Positions 1 to 24,790 of a stretch of 64,000 nt of DNA are shown here, one piece after another. Position numbers and translations under genes: made by a program. The notes under the pieces are model-generated. The model saw only the letters and a list, made by a program, of their open reading frames with translations. It did no database searches and had not been told where the DNA came from. Positions within the stretch are counted from its first letter, which is position 1; every line of letters starts with the position of its first letter. This stretch comes from the human T2T-CHM13v2.0 reference genome, Homo sapiens: NCBI RefSeq assembly GCF_009914755.1, contig NC_060938.1; one strand, written 5' to 3'.

Positions 1-378
1 TCCATCCCCTCACCCTGCTGAGTCTCCATTATCATTCCACTCTCTACGTCAATATCTACACGTCTTTTAGCACCCGCTTATGAGTGATAAAATACGATGT
101 TTACTCTGTGTCTGGCTTGCTTCACTTACAACAATGGCCTCCAGTTCCATCCATGTGTCTTCAAAAGTTATGATTCTATTGTTTTTTATGCCTGAATAGT
201 ATTTCATTGTGTATATTTTCTACATTTTCTTTCTCCAATCATTTGTTGATGGGCATTTAGTTTGATTTTATGTCTGTGCTACTGTGAATAGTGTTGCAAA
301 AAATACACAAGTACAGTTATCTTTCTGATACATTGATTTCTTTTCCTTTGCATAAATACTCAGTGGTGGGATTGCTGA
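1..378 (-). mobile_element. Old L1 (L1MA/L1PB-like) 3' fragment
   Basis: Antisense L1 ORF2-end/3'UTR motifs (ccagttccatccatgt, gttgatgggcatttag, tgggattgctg). Confidence 0.75.
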
Positions 379-949
379 ATCAGACAGAGCCAATAGATGA
401 TCAGTAATGGTGGCCAATCATCAGCTAGAAACAAAGTGCTTAGCAGGGCTTGAAAACACCAAAACTCTGAGACCACTGACCTTCAAAAACTTCAACAGCC
501 CTGAGTGAAAAGCCCAAACACATTTATCTACCATTCAAAGACGCTTTATTGTCTGTCCTCTGTGCATCTCAGTAGTCTCTTTTTACCACACTGTCTATAT
601 ACTGCATGAGCCATTTATATGAAACTATCTGACACTCCAAGGCATCTTATACTATATATTCAACCATCTATCCCTAGTACCTAGCACAGTCCTGGCATAT
701 AGTTTGCTACTAAACTTTTACAGAATGAAGGAATTATCTTGTATCCAGGTTCCAAGTTTTAAGGTGATTCTTCACTAAAAAAAAGTATTACAGTTCACAA
801 ATAATCTACTTCCCTTTTTACAAATGGGATCAATTTTAATCTTATCTCCTAATAACATTACTTTCATTTACTCTGATCTAAATATACTGTCCTAAGAGAG
901 CAATAAGAAAGAGAGTTGAAGCTGGAGTTTGAAGAATTGTACATGGTCC

Positions 950-1482
950 TGTGATACCCTACCTTGTTTTAACCTGAGTGACTCTCTCCTAGTGGAGAGA
1001 GAGCCGGACAGACTCCATTTTAGTTTCTTTCTTCGCATGCAGCCCCCTTTACCTCCCACCCTTAATTGTATAACTAGTGTAAACTGACTCAAAGCAGGTC
1101 CAGGAATGCACTTACTGATAAGATATTGAGGCAAGCTGCACCAGCTGCTCCTGGGTACGCACTCAGTGAATGTCATGCAAAACCCCTGCATTTCTCTCTT
1201 TGTGATAGTTTAAGCCCCTGCACCTGGAACTGTTTATTTGTTTTGTAACTGCTATTGTAACCAATTAATTTTTTAACTATTTGCCAGCTCTGCTTCTGTA
1301 AAACTTGTTTCAGTTAAACTCCCCCCTCCCCTATTTAGACCACGGTATAAAAACAAAACCAGCCCCTTCCTCGGGGCCAAGAGAATTTTCCGCATTACTT
1401 GCCTCTCGGTTGCCGGCTAATAAAGGACTCCTTAATTTGTCTCAAAGTGTGGTGTTCCTCTATAACTCACTTGGTTACAACA
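950..1482 (+). mobile_element. Solo LTR, ERV1-class
   Basis: TG...CA termini, 4-bp TSD GTCC (946-949 / 1483-1486), TATAAAA near 1346, AATAAA near 1419; subfamily not identified. Confidence 0.85.
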
Positions 1483-3339
1483 GTCCACCCTGTGGCCTGA
1501 GGTGCATCGCCCACCTGAGCTTCATCTGTTATGTATGTCAGGGAATATAAGCAGGGTGAGAGTGGCCTCATCAGAGACCCCAGATCTCTGGCTTACCCAT
1601 CTGGCAAGTGCACCTCTGTGAGCAGAGACTTCAGAGCCAGATGACAAGAATGGCCCAAACAGTCCACCAGGGAAACCTGGGCCCAGTGTACATCAATGCA
1701 GAGCATCAAGCATGGCATAACAGGTGCACAGTTGCCTACTCCTGTTCAGAGATGACTGCATTCCACATACTGTAAAATGAGGAAATGCAGAGAAGCAGAT
1801 GTAACTGAAGAAGACAGCAGAAGCAACGAGGAGGGACAACCAGGACCTAGGAGGGCACCATGCCAGAGACGCCTGGACCCCACGCTAGGCTCAATGCCTG
1901 TTATACTCTTGGGAGCCAGCGCTTTCCCTCTCCATCACATGGCATACTTGCCATTATTTGTTGTGTAAAATATTGTCCTTAGTTTTCACCTTTCCTAGGA
2001 GACACAGGCAGAGCCTGTGACACTACAACTTCTGGCACACAGTAGGTAGGTGCATCACAAACATCTGCTGAGTTCACACACTCTTGCCTTCTCAAACCTT
2101 CTTGTCAAGTCTTCAGTGAAAAGGAATTGCTGATTGAGCAAGAATTAAACTTCTAGAGACTCCTGGATACACTGAAGTTTGAGACAAGGTGAGATTTGTT
2201 TACTGTCATATTCCTAGCTCATAACATATTGTAGTCACTTAAAAAAGTTTGTTGAATAAGTGAGTAAATTGATTCATACATCATACTTAGCTATATATTT
2301 TCTGAGTAAAATTGATAAAGTTAATAGTTTAAGTCTAGTATAATTTTGCTTTACTCATTCAATGAACCTGACAATTTAACTAGGTGCCAGGCACACTGCT
2401 GCTGAAGAAAAAGAGGTATAAGATATAATTTCTGTCTACAAGAAAGCCACAATCTAAAAAGTAGAAACATATGAACAAATCGTAACAATAAATAGGCTAA
2501 ATTCAAAATCAGAGGAGTTTGTTTCTATTTTAAACAGCTCTAGTCAGGAAGTGTTAGAGAGTTCTAAACAGGAAATGTTCCAACACACCATCTAAGCATG
2601 AAGCAGGAGACACCCATAATTGAGTTTGCTGCCACCAACCCCAACAGCAAGAATTCCAGTCCTGCTGCTGCAAAGTAAGTGTCACTCTGATTTTATTGCT
2701 GCTGTGTAACCCAGTTTTAGACTCTCTGGTTCTCACTTAATGTTCTAAAAAATTATTAAAGAGAAAATTTTATTCTGGTGATGAGCCCATCCACTGCAGC
2801 CATCTCAACATCATACCAATTATAAGCCTATCATTTAAAAAGAAAGCTGTTAGTTTAACTTATTTATCCAAATATCAGTATTACATAAACATATTTGTCA
2901 TCAGACTTTGGACTTATGGGTTAAATAGCAAATAAATATGATTAGAGCCTTAAAGTTTACACTTCTCTGGTTTGCTCAAATTTTTTTCAAAATAGCATAT
3001 GCCTTTCTAAACAATGGTTAGTATATTTTTTAAAATGAACATTAAAATGTATATTTTCCAAAAACAAAATACAGCTCCCATTGGTAAATGATGCTATTGA
3101 GACACAACAGACAACTTCTCTTGGGAACCATTTAATCAGTGCTCACTTTTGCACTCTTTCCAGAAATGTCAATGGCTTTGAAATATGGAAGTATATTATA
3201 CAAATAAACTTATACTTGTTCAGCATTGTGCAATATTTAGTACTTGTTCTAGCCATGTCTTGCTGAATAGTAAGCCATTCCAAAACTTAAGGAATTATTT
3301 ATTGTTTAATATTGTTTATTGTTATTATTTGTTTAGTAA

Positions 3340-3790
3340 TTTTAATAACGTTATTTCTCATGGTTTTGTGGGTTGATGGGCACTACAAAAGTTGTCTTTT
3401 GGAGTCTTTCTTGCAGTTGCGGTTGGTTGGCTGCTGCTGAAGTCACCTGAAAGCTCAATTAGGCTAAAGAGTCTAGATGGGTCACTTACATGGCTGGCAG
3501 TGCATATTGGCTGCTGAGTGTGATGCCTATCTGACCTCTCCATGTTACCTGGAGTGCTCACAACGTGGTAGTTTGTCCCAAGACACACAGGCAAATACTA
3601 CAAAGCTTCTTAGGACCTAGCCTTGGAGGTCCTAGAATACGACTTCTGCTCCATCCTATTGGAAAAGCAAGTCATTGTGACCAGCACAGATTCAAGAAAT
3701 GGGAGATTCGACTCTACCTGTCAATGTAAACAGCAGCATGTGCATGCAGAGAGGAAAGAAATTGAGGGCATCATCTTGAAGACTATCATA
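3340..3790. mobile_element. Degraded MaLR (MLT1-like) LTR
   Basis: MLT1-like motifs (cacttacatggctggcag, aagcaagtcat...ccagcacagattcaag). Confidence 0.5.
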
Positions 3791-4468
3791 TCACACCATT
3801 ATTCCAACTAATGAACATTATGTTTTAGATGGGTAGCACTAGCTACTCATCTGTCCCCCAGAAACCCAAGCTAAGCATGGACATATTGAAGAGAATGTCA
3901 GCACCATTAAAAAAAACTCTAGAAAAATCACATGTGATGACTGAGGTTAATTCAGTCTGTCAATTACATCAATATAATTGCCTTCTTGTAACCCTAAGTA
4001 TGGTGAAGCAGAATTGAATTCTACAAAAGTCTTTCATCTGTTTTCCTATGGAATAATTAACAAACCCAATAAATGTATAAATAGCATGAAGTCCGACTTA
4101 TTTTAGATTTTTACCTCATAATTTCAAAGCTTATAGAAATCCAGAGAACTAATCATCATAATCCATAATGCCTGGACCAGAAGTCCTTGTTCTAAGAGTA
4201 TCTTGTGGCATGCTAAAAATGTACTACTAACTAGGAAATTTAAAACTTTTTTGTTAGTGGTTTTAACAGAGCTGACTAGCTCATCACCACAATTCACACA
4301 GATTAAGAAAGGAGGTTACTCTGTGGAGTGGATTCATAGTGATCAGAAAAAAAAAAAATCACAAAAGAGGAAAGGAGATAGGGAAGGGGAAAGATACTGT
4401 CAATCCCTACAATTAAAGTGATTTTTCGAATGGTTTGATTTTGTATTTGCAAAGGAAAGGCAGCTTAA

Positions 4469-4798
<330 letters not shown>

Positions 4799-4799
4799 T

Positions 4800-5655
4800 C
4801 GTCTTCTTTTGAGAAGTGTCTGCTTATGTCCCTTGTCAATGTTTTAATGGGGTTGTTTTCCTAATGTCCAACATCACTAATCATCAGAGAAATGCAAGTC
4901 AATGTGAAATACCATCTCATATTAGTCAGAATGGCTACTATTAAACAGTAAAAAAATGACAAATTCTGGTTAGACTTCAGAGAAAATGAAATGCTTATAC
5001 ACTGTTGGTGAGAATGTAAATTAGCTCAGCCACTGTGAAAAGCAGTTTGGAGATTTTTCAAAGAATTTAAAACAGAAGTGCCATTCAACCAGCAATTCCA
5101 TTACTGAGTATATATCCAAAAGAAAATTAAAAATTCTACAAAAAGAAACCCCACATGCACTTGTATATGCGTCATATTGCTATTCACAATAGGGAAGGCA
5201 TGGAATTAACTTATGTGTGAATCAATAAATTGGATAGAAATATGTGCCACATATACACCATAAAACACTATGCACACGTTAAAAAGAATACAATTATGTC
5301 CTGTGCAATAACATGCATACATCTGGAGGCCATTATCATAAGGAAATTAACACAGGAACAGAAAACCAAATACCATATGTTCTTGCCTATAAGTAGGATC
5401 TAAACATGGGTTACTCATGAATATAAAGATGACAACAATAGACACTGAGAACTACCAGATGAATGAGGGAAGGAGGAGGGCAGGGGGTGAAAAACCATAG
5501 GTGTTATGCTTACTGCCTAGGTGATGGGATCAATTATATCCCACAATATATGCTCATTACCTTGGTGATGGGATCAATAATATCCCACATTGCTCAGCAT
5601 CACACAATATAGCCATGTAATAAACCTGCAAATGTACTCCCTGAATCTAAAAAAT
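4800..5655 (+). mobile_element. L1PB/L1MA 3' end with short inverted 5' piece (4800-4860)
   Basis: Antisense gtcttcttttgagaagtgtctg followed by sense ORF2 end and 3'UTR. Confidence 0.75.
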
Positions 5656-5669
5656 TTAAGGCAGAGACA

Positions 5670-8600
5670 GAGTAAGAGGGCAGAATAGAAGCCTACATTC
5701 TCATCCACCACACAAAAACACCAAATTTTCACAACTAACTACATTCAAGAAGCACTGTCAAAGGGACCAAAAATTGGGTGAGCAATCACAGTACCTGGTA
5801 TTAACTTCATATCACTGAAACAGACGTTGGAGAAGACAAAAAAATAAAAGACTGTCTAGAAGCATGGATGCCACCTCTTTTTCAACCACCAGTAGTGGCT
5901 ACATTGTGCAGAGATAGTATGTTTGGGAGAGGGAGCGCATAGTTTGGGAGGCTTTCAATAAACTCAGTACTACCCTGTCACAGTGAAAAGCAGAACCAGA
6001 CTGTACTCAGCTGACATCTGCCAATGGAAGGAGCATGTGTATTGGCCCTAGAAAGAGGAAAACTTCCCATCCTAGTGTTGGGAGCTTGAGTTTTTACAAG
6101 TCTTGCCATCATGAGTTGACGTGCTATTGGACTCTAAGAGAACTTAAGGGGCAGCCTAGGCCACAAGGACTTCAATTATTAGGCAAGTCATATTCTGAGC
6201 TTGGCTCGGAGCCAGTGGAATGTGGAGGGTGGGGAGTATGGGGTCTACTGAGACAGCAGCCAGAGCAGCTAAAGGAGTGCTCACAACACCACTCCCCCAC
6301 CCCCCACCTAGCAGCAGCCACACAACACACAGAAACCTGTGAATTTGGGAGAGGGAGAGCACAGTGACTGGAGGACTTTACATCAAACTCAGTGCTGCCA
6401 TGTCAGTAAAGAGCTGGCAGAATTCATCACCTGCTGACTAAAGAACCCCTGTACCCAGAATAAAAAACAGTGACAACCAGGTAATACACCATGGGCATTG
6501 GGCTCTGAGAAGTGCTAAGTTCAGGTGTGACCCAGTACATTTCTAGCTGTGGTAGCTATGGTGAAAGACTTCTGTTTGAGAAAGGCAGGAGGGGAAGTAA
6601 AGGGAACTCTACATTGCACCTGGTATACCAGCTCAACCACAGTGGGGTAGATCACCAAGCAGATTCTTAGAGTCCCTGAGTCCAGGCCTAGGGTCTTCTT
6701 GGTCAGCATTTCTGCATTTGCTCTGGGCCAAAGGTCGAGTCCCAGGCATTGCAGAATTTATCACAAGCTAACTAAAGAGTCCTTGGGCTTTAAGTGAGAA
6801 AGTGATGATGATTTGGTGGAAACCCCCCATGGGCCAGTAGTGTTGGCAGTCATAGAAGAAGCTCTTCTGCCTGCAGAGAGGGGAAAGAAGAATAGAAAAT
6901 ACTTTGTCTTATTCCCTAAGTGCCAGGTTAGCTACAATAAAATAGAAGATCAGCTAAATTTTGAAGATTCTATGCTTTAATCTCTGGCTCCCAGGTAGCA
7001 TCTGTGGACTCACTCATGGCTAGGGGAACTTGCAACCCCATAGGCAGAGACACAAACCTGGCTGGCATTGCCAACTATTAATCACAGAGTCCTAGGGCTT
7101 TGAATAAACTTATATGGTAGCCAAGTAGTGGTTGCAGTGGGCCTTGGGTGAGACCAAGTTCTGTGCCTACTTCAGGTGTGAACCAGCACAGTCTCAGTGG
7201 TGGTGGCCACAGGAGTTCTTCTGTTACCCCAACCCCAGCTCCACATGTCTCAGCACAGAAAGAGAGACTGCTGATTTGAGAGAAAGTAAGGGAAGAGAAC
7301 AAGCTTCTCTACTTGATAAATCAAGAGAATTTTTCTTGATGTTAATCCAAGGCCACCAAGGCAGTACCTCTACATGTTTGCATAAACTACTGTGCTATCG
7401 GGTTTGGGACCCAAGTTTCTTTGAATACCTGGAAAGTGTTCCCAAAGATAATGGGCACAAACAAGCCCAGACTGTGAAGACTACAATAAAGACTGAATTC
7501 TTCAATGCCCAGATACAGATGAATATCTACAAGTATCAAGGCCATCCAGGAAAACATGATCTCACCAAACAAGCTAAACAAAGTACCAGGGACAAATCCT
7601 GGAAAAACAAAGATATGTGACTTTTCATACAGGAAATCCAAAATAACTGGTTGAGGTAATTCAAAGAAATGTACAATATAACACAGAGAAGGAATTCAAA
7701 ATTCTATCAGATAAATTTAACAATGAGATTGAAATAAAAAGAATAAAGTAGAAATTCTGAGGTTAAAATGCTATTGTCATACTGAAGAATGGATCAGAAT
7801 TACTTAAAAGAATTGACCAAGGAGAAGATAGATGTAGTGAACTTGAAGCCAGACTATTTAAAAATACATAGTCAGAGGAGACAAAAAGGAATAAAAAATA
7901 AAGCATGCCTATAGAATTTTTAAAATAGCCTCAAAATAGCAAATCTAAGAGTCATTGGCCTTAAAGAGGAGGTAGAAAAAGAGATGAGTTGAACATTTAT
8001 TTAAATAAATAATATTAAATAATATTAAACAATTCCTCAACATTTGATATCAACATTCGAGTAACAGAAAGTTACAGAACATAAAGCAGATTTAACCCAA
8101 AGAAGACCACCTCAAGGCACTAAACTGAACTCCCAAAGGTTAAGGATAAAGAAATGATTCCAAAAGCATCGGAGAAGAGAAACAAATAACATTCAGCGGA
8201 ACTCCAATACATCTGACAGCAGACTTTTCAGGGGAAAATTTACAGGCTGTGAGATTGGCATGACATATTAAAAACTGAAGGAAAAAAAGACTTTTACTTT
8301 AGAATAATGTATCTGGCAAAAACGTCCTTTAAACTTGACAGAAAAATAAGAACTTTTCCAACAAACAAAAACTGAGGGATTTCATTAACACCAGACCTGT
8401 CCTACAAGAAATGCAAAGGGATATCTTAACCTAAAAGAAAACAAGTTAGTGAGCAATAAGAAATCATCTGAAGGTACAGAACTCACTAGCAATAGCACAT
8501 GGAAAAACACTGAATATTATAATATGGTAATTATGGGGTGCAAAAATCTCAAATAGAAAGAGTAAACAATAAACCAATAAAAATAATAACTACAACGTAT

Positions 8601-8700
8601 TTATTTCCAATACATAGACTGTAAAATAGGGAATGAAGAGAAACAACAAAAAGTTTAAAAGAATGGCAGTATAGAGTTTTTATTAGTTGTTTTGCTTGTT
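5670..8700 (+). mobile_element. Old L1 (L1PB/L1M) 5'UTR + ORF1 + inter-ORF spacer
   Basis: Degraded ORF1 motifs (ctgacagcagacttttca, aaactgagggatttcattaacaccagacctgtcctacaagaaatgc). Confidence 0.75.
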
Positions 8701-8702
8701 TC

Positions 8703-19180
<10,478 letters not shown>

Positions 19181-19343
19181 TAAACCAATCAATTTAATAT
19201 ATCATATTAACAGAGTAAAAGATATAAACCACACAATCATCTCAAATAATGCAGAAAAGTCAACTGACAGTATTAATCATCTTTTCAAGATAAAAAACAC
19301 TTAATAAACTAGAAATAAAAGGAAAATAACACAGCAAAAGCTA

Positions 19344-19733
<390 letters not shown>

Positions 19734-20416
19734 CTAAGATTAATAATAAGGCAAGATATTCACTGTTGCCACATCTATTCAAAAATAGCAGTGAAAGTCC
19801 TGGCAAAACAACTAGGCAATGAAAAAAAGAAAAGATCCACATTCTAAAGGAAGAAGTAAAATTACATGATATGATGTTATATACAAAAAAATCCTATACG
19901 CTGAAAACAATACCTGTTAGAACTAATAGTTGTATTTAGCAAAATTGCAGAATACAAAATTAAGTGTATTTCTCTTCATTACACGGTACAATCCAAGTTT
20001 TTAAAATTCCACTGAAAATAGCATTAAGAAGAATATACTTTGGAATAAACAAGCGAAGAGATGTAAGACTAGTATACTAGAAGTTACAAGATGTTGCTGA
20101 AGAAAAGTCACAAACAATGGGGAAGATATTCTATATTTATAGATTAGACAATTGAAAAGATATCCCATATTCATAAATTAGAAAACAATATTCTTAAGTC
20201 TATACTAATGAAATCAACAACAGATTAAATGCAATAGCTATATAAATCATAACAATATTTACTTGCAGAAATACAAAATTCTAAAACATATGAAATCTCA
20301 AGATTGAAAATAGCCAATTAAACTTGTAAAATAATGTCAATTGTGGAGCCCTCACAATTTTTAAATCAAAAACTAATTGCAGTGCTGTTGAACTCTTTTC
20401 AAATGTGGTATTTTGA

Positions 20417-20710
20417 GGCCAGGTTCTATGGCTTACACGTGTAACCTCAGCACTTTGTGAGGCTGAGGTAGGAGGATTGCTTGAACCCAGGAGTTCAAAC
20501 CACACTGGACATCCTAGTGAGAACATCTATCGCTAAAAAAAAAATTAAAATTAAAATTAACCTGGCAATGTGACATGAACCTGTAGTCTCAGCTATTCCA
20601 GAGGCTGAAGTGAGAGGATTTTTTAAGCCTGGGAGAGCAAGGCTGCAGTGAGCCATGGTCGCACCAGTGAACCCCAGCCTGGATGACAAAGAACCTGTCT
20701 CAAAAAGTAA
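20417..20710 (+). mobile_element. AluJ-like
   Basis: ggaggattgcttgaacccagg / gctgcagtgagccatg AluJ diagnostics. Confidence 0.9.
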
Positions 20711-21037
20711 AAAGGAGAAAATCTAAAAAGAAATGTATTAAATCAAGACGTGTAGACATAGAAAATAATAGAGACCCCTCTCTCCACAAAACCTTGTATA
20801 TATGGTCAAAATGATCTTCAACAAGGGTGCAAAGGCCAAACTATGGAGAGGGAATAGCCCCCTTTAACACAAAAACGGTATGAAGATTTGCTATCAACAT
20901 GTAAAATACAGAAGTCAGAATTGTAGTTTATACTATTTTTTAAAAAAACTCAAAATGTGTAAGTCTGAAAGCCTTACACAAAAATATAAGGGAAAAATAT
21001 CCAAAATTATGCCATGGAATTTGGCAATGGGTTCTTG

Positions 21038-21945
21038 ACTGCCAGCAGCCCCACATCCCTGGAGCATCCATCCGCTCACCGCTGCCTGGTGCTGGGTCCT
21101 TCCACACCTGTCACACTGCTTCGTGCGGGGCTCTCGGGCACAAGCCAGGACACCAGGCCGAGCACAGGGCACAGGCCGGGCTTTCTCCGGCTATTCGAGG
21201 GCAGGCTGTCCCCATGACAGCCTCAGGCGCAGGAGGGAGGACGGCCTGATTCGAGTCTGCAGAAGGAGGAAGAAGCTCGTTTCCTGAGCCAGCAGGGACA
21301 CAGAGGCGGATGCGGGACACAAGGACACAGGGGTGGATGCCATAAAAATATATGGCATATATTTTGAAACATGGCTGCAATTTGAATAATTAGAGTGTTA
21401 TGCTGAAACTGCACCAAAATTTATCACTCCAGTGACTACAGGGAATTTTTAATAGTTGTTATTTTTATAATAAAATTAAACTTTAATGAAATAACTGACT
21501 TTCAAACTTCAGCAAGAGGACAAATATTGAGCCAGATGTATCAGTTCCCGGTTTCTGCTTCGGGTCCTCTCTGGTCTCCCACAGCCCCTCCTGCATCATC
21601 CAGGTCTCAGGGGCCACCTGGCCTGGACTGTGTTCCCTCGTCCCTCCCCTTCCCCACCCAGATCCTGCAGCGCCTTCCTGGGGCAGGGGCGGCGAACCGT
21701 CCAGAGCGGGAGGCTCCCTCGCCCAGGGCAGCACCGCTCCGCCCCTCTCCACACCTGCCCAACCCCCTGGCAAAGAAGTCGCCTGGGCCTGGCCCGCTGC
21801 CCGCCCCCCAATGCCTGCCCTGTGCCTGCAAAGGCGACGCTGCCAACAAGAGGTGCCAGAGACCGCGGCGCAACCCGCCCAGAGCGCAGGGTCCCACTCA
21901 CCTGGGAGCGGGGTCACGTCCCTTCCGGTAGGCGATGGAGTTAAG
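21038..21945. other. Unidentified GC-rich (CpG-island-like) segment
   Basis: Abrupt switch from L1 ORF2 to GC-rich non-TE sequence; no recognisable protein. Confidence 0.6.
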
Positions 21946-22280
21946 ATTGTTTCCTTATTTATTTTACTTAAAACTGGTAGAATGTTACTATTATATGAGT
22001 ACCCATGACTCTCTCAGTAAATTTGAGCAAACGTTTATTAGTTTTTGTCAGTTTAACTAGTTCTTTTATTTCTATTATTAAGGTGAAATTTAACTTCTAT
22101 CTGAAATCAGTAAGATACAGAGAGATTTTAATGACAAGTGAATATTTTTTTCTCAGGGGGAACTGAATTATGAATTGAATGAATGAATTATGAATTAAAT
22201 GAATGAATTCATTACCAAGGTAGAGAGGACACTAACCAATCGGTAGTTTTAATCAATCTGTATTCCCTCCCCCCTCCCTC

Positions 22281-22588
22281 TTTGTTTTTTGTTTGTTTGT
22301 TTGTTTTTGAGACAGAGTTTTGCTCCGTCGCCCAGGCTGGAGTGATGTGGCGCGATCTTGGCTCACTACAAACTCCGCCCCCCGGGTTCAAGCGACTCTC
22401 CGCCTCAGACCCCCGAGTAGCTGGGATTACAGGCGCCAGCCACCATGCCCCGTTAATTTTTGTGTTTTCATTAGAGGCGGGGTTTCACCACGTTGGCCAG
22501 GCTGGTCTCAAACTCCTGACCTCGGGTGATCCGCTCACCTTGGCCTCCCAAAGTGTTGGGATTATAGGCGTAAGCCACCGTCCCGGCC
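22281..22588 (-). mobile_element. AluS-like
   Basis: Full antisense Alu inserted in an L1 3'UTR. Confidence 0.95.
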
Positions 22589-24050
22589 CCTCCCACCCCT
22601 CTGTATTATGACCGTGTGTACCCAGCATTTAGCTCCTACTTATGAAAGAGAACATGCGGTATTTTGTTTTTTGCTTTTGCATTAGTTTGCTGGAAACAAT
22701 GCATCCATGTTGCTTCAAATGGCATAATTTTGAGTTTTTTCTGGCTGTATAGTATTCCATGAGTCTTTAGACCACCACTGATGGATGTCTGGATTAAGCC
22801 TATGTCTTTGTGATTGTGAATACTGCTGTGATAAAAATATGGCTACATGTGTCTTTTTGATAGGATATTTATTTTCTTTCGGGTATATACCCAGTAATGG
22901 GGTTACTGGATTGAATGGTAGATCAATTCTCAGTTCTTTAAGAAATCCCCAACCTGCTTTCCACAGTGACTGAACTAATTTACATTCCTTCAGAAAGTGT
23001 ATAAGTGTTCTCTATTCTCTAAATCTTCACCGATATGTGTTTTTCTTTTGACTTTTCAAGAAAAGCCATTCTGAACGGTGTGAAATGGTATTTCATTTTG
23101 GTTTTGATTTGCATTTCTCTAATAAATAATGACGATGAGCACTTTTACATATGTTTGTTGGGTGCTTGTGTGTATGTCTTCTTTTGAAAAGTGTCCGTTC
23201 ATGTCCTGTTGCCCACTTTTTAATGGAGTTGCTTGCTGCTTGCTTGTTGATTTGTTTAAGTTCCTTATAGGTTCTGCATAATAGACCTCTGTTAGATGCG
23301 TAGTTTGTGAATATTTTCTTTCATTCTGTGGGTTATCTCTTTACTACCTTGATAGTTCCTCTTGTTGTGCAAAAGTTTTTCAGTTTAATTAAATCCCACT
23401 TGTCATTTTTTGTTTTAGTTGCAATTGCTTTTGAGGACTTAGCCATAAATTACTTGGCAAGGCCGTTATCAAAAAAAGTACTTCCTAGGTTTTTTCTAGG
23501 CGTTTTATAGCTTGAGATTTTTCATTTAACTCTTTAATCCATCTTAAGCTAATTTTTGTGTTTGGTGAAATATGGAGGTCGAGTTTTATTCTTCTGCATA
23601 TGACTAGCCAGTTATCCCCACATTATTTATTAAATAAAAAGTCTTTTTCCCATTGCTTACTTTTGTCAACTTTGTTAAAGATGTGATGGTTGCAGGCATG
23701 TGGCCTTAGTTTCTAGTACTCTAGTCTGTTCCATTGGTCTATGTGTCTGTTTTTCTACCAGTACCATGTTGTTTTGATTACTATAGTCTTCTAGTATAGT
23801 TTGAAGTCATGTACTATGATGTCTCTAGCCTATGTCTCTAGCCTTAGTATTGCTTTGGCTTGGCTATTCAGACTCCTTTTAGGTTCCATATAAATTTTAG
23901 ATGTTTTCTATTTTGTGCAAAATGACATTAGTAGTTTGATAGGAAAAGCATTGAATCTGTAAATCGCTTTGAGCAGTATACTCATCTGCACGCAGATGAT
24001 ACTCCAGTGTATGTTCTGTGGTTGATGAGTGAAGTGTATTGTAATTCCAA
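22589..24050 (-). mobile_element. L1PA/L1PB 3' portion
   Basis: Antisense L1 3'UTR and ORF2 C-terminal sequence. Confidence 0.85.
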
Positions 24051-24058
24051 ATGGTCAA

Positions 24059-24790
24059 GCCAGACCCTGCCCCTACCCGGCTCCTCCTCTGCCAGAGCTC
24101 GAGACCTCTAGCCAGGGGCCCTCTGCAGCCACTGGGGATGGGGCTGAGGGCCGCTTCCCGCCCCCGTGCAGCTGCTGCAGGGCAGACCGCCTGGTTTGGC
24201 CGCAGCCACAGGGACATCTGGCCCTGCTTCGGAGATGTGGGGAGAGCGGGCACGCTCAGGAGTTGCCTGGAGGCTGCTGTCTGCACACAGAAGGCGGCTG
24301 CAGCTTGGGAGCCCAGGCGGGCTGGAGGTGCATGGCCTGGTCGGCCTCGGGATCGCCAGCGCGCCCAGCCTGAGGGCCCCCAGGCCATGCCTCCCACCCA
24401 CTCCTCCACCTGAGAGAGATCGGGGCCGCTGTCATGGGCACTCGGCAGTCACCCCGTGTGGGGTTGATCGGCGGGTTCTCAGTTCTCGCCCCTGTGCAGC
24501 CGCCACCGCTGGGCAGAATGCCTGGCTTGGCCACAGCCACAGGGATACCTGGCCCTGGTTCTGCAAGACTGGGAGCACAAGCGGGCTCAGGGGTTGCCAG
24601 GCAGCTGCTGCCTGCACACGGAGGGTGACTGCAGCTTGTGCGCCCAGGCGGCGGAGCGTGGTCTGGGTGGCCTCTGGAATGCGTGCGCGCCAGGCCTGAG
24701 GGCCTCCCTGGTGGAGCCACCTGCCCCAGTCTTCCTCTGCTGGAGCCTGGAGCAGCCGGAATGTCCACTCTGCAGTCACAGGGGATAGAG
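24059..24790. repeat. GC-rich ~290-320-bp tandem repeat, block A (~2.3 units)
   Basis: Core cccgtgcagc...gggcagaccgcctggcttggccgcagccac repeated at ~24140 and ~24460. Confidence 0.85.

Noticed and set aside
5517-5595. ~43-bp tandem duplication in an L1 3'UTR (similar micro-duplication at 26160-26200)
   Set aside because: Ordinary slippage duplication in neutral repeat DNA.
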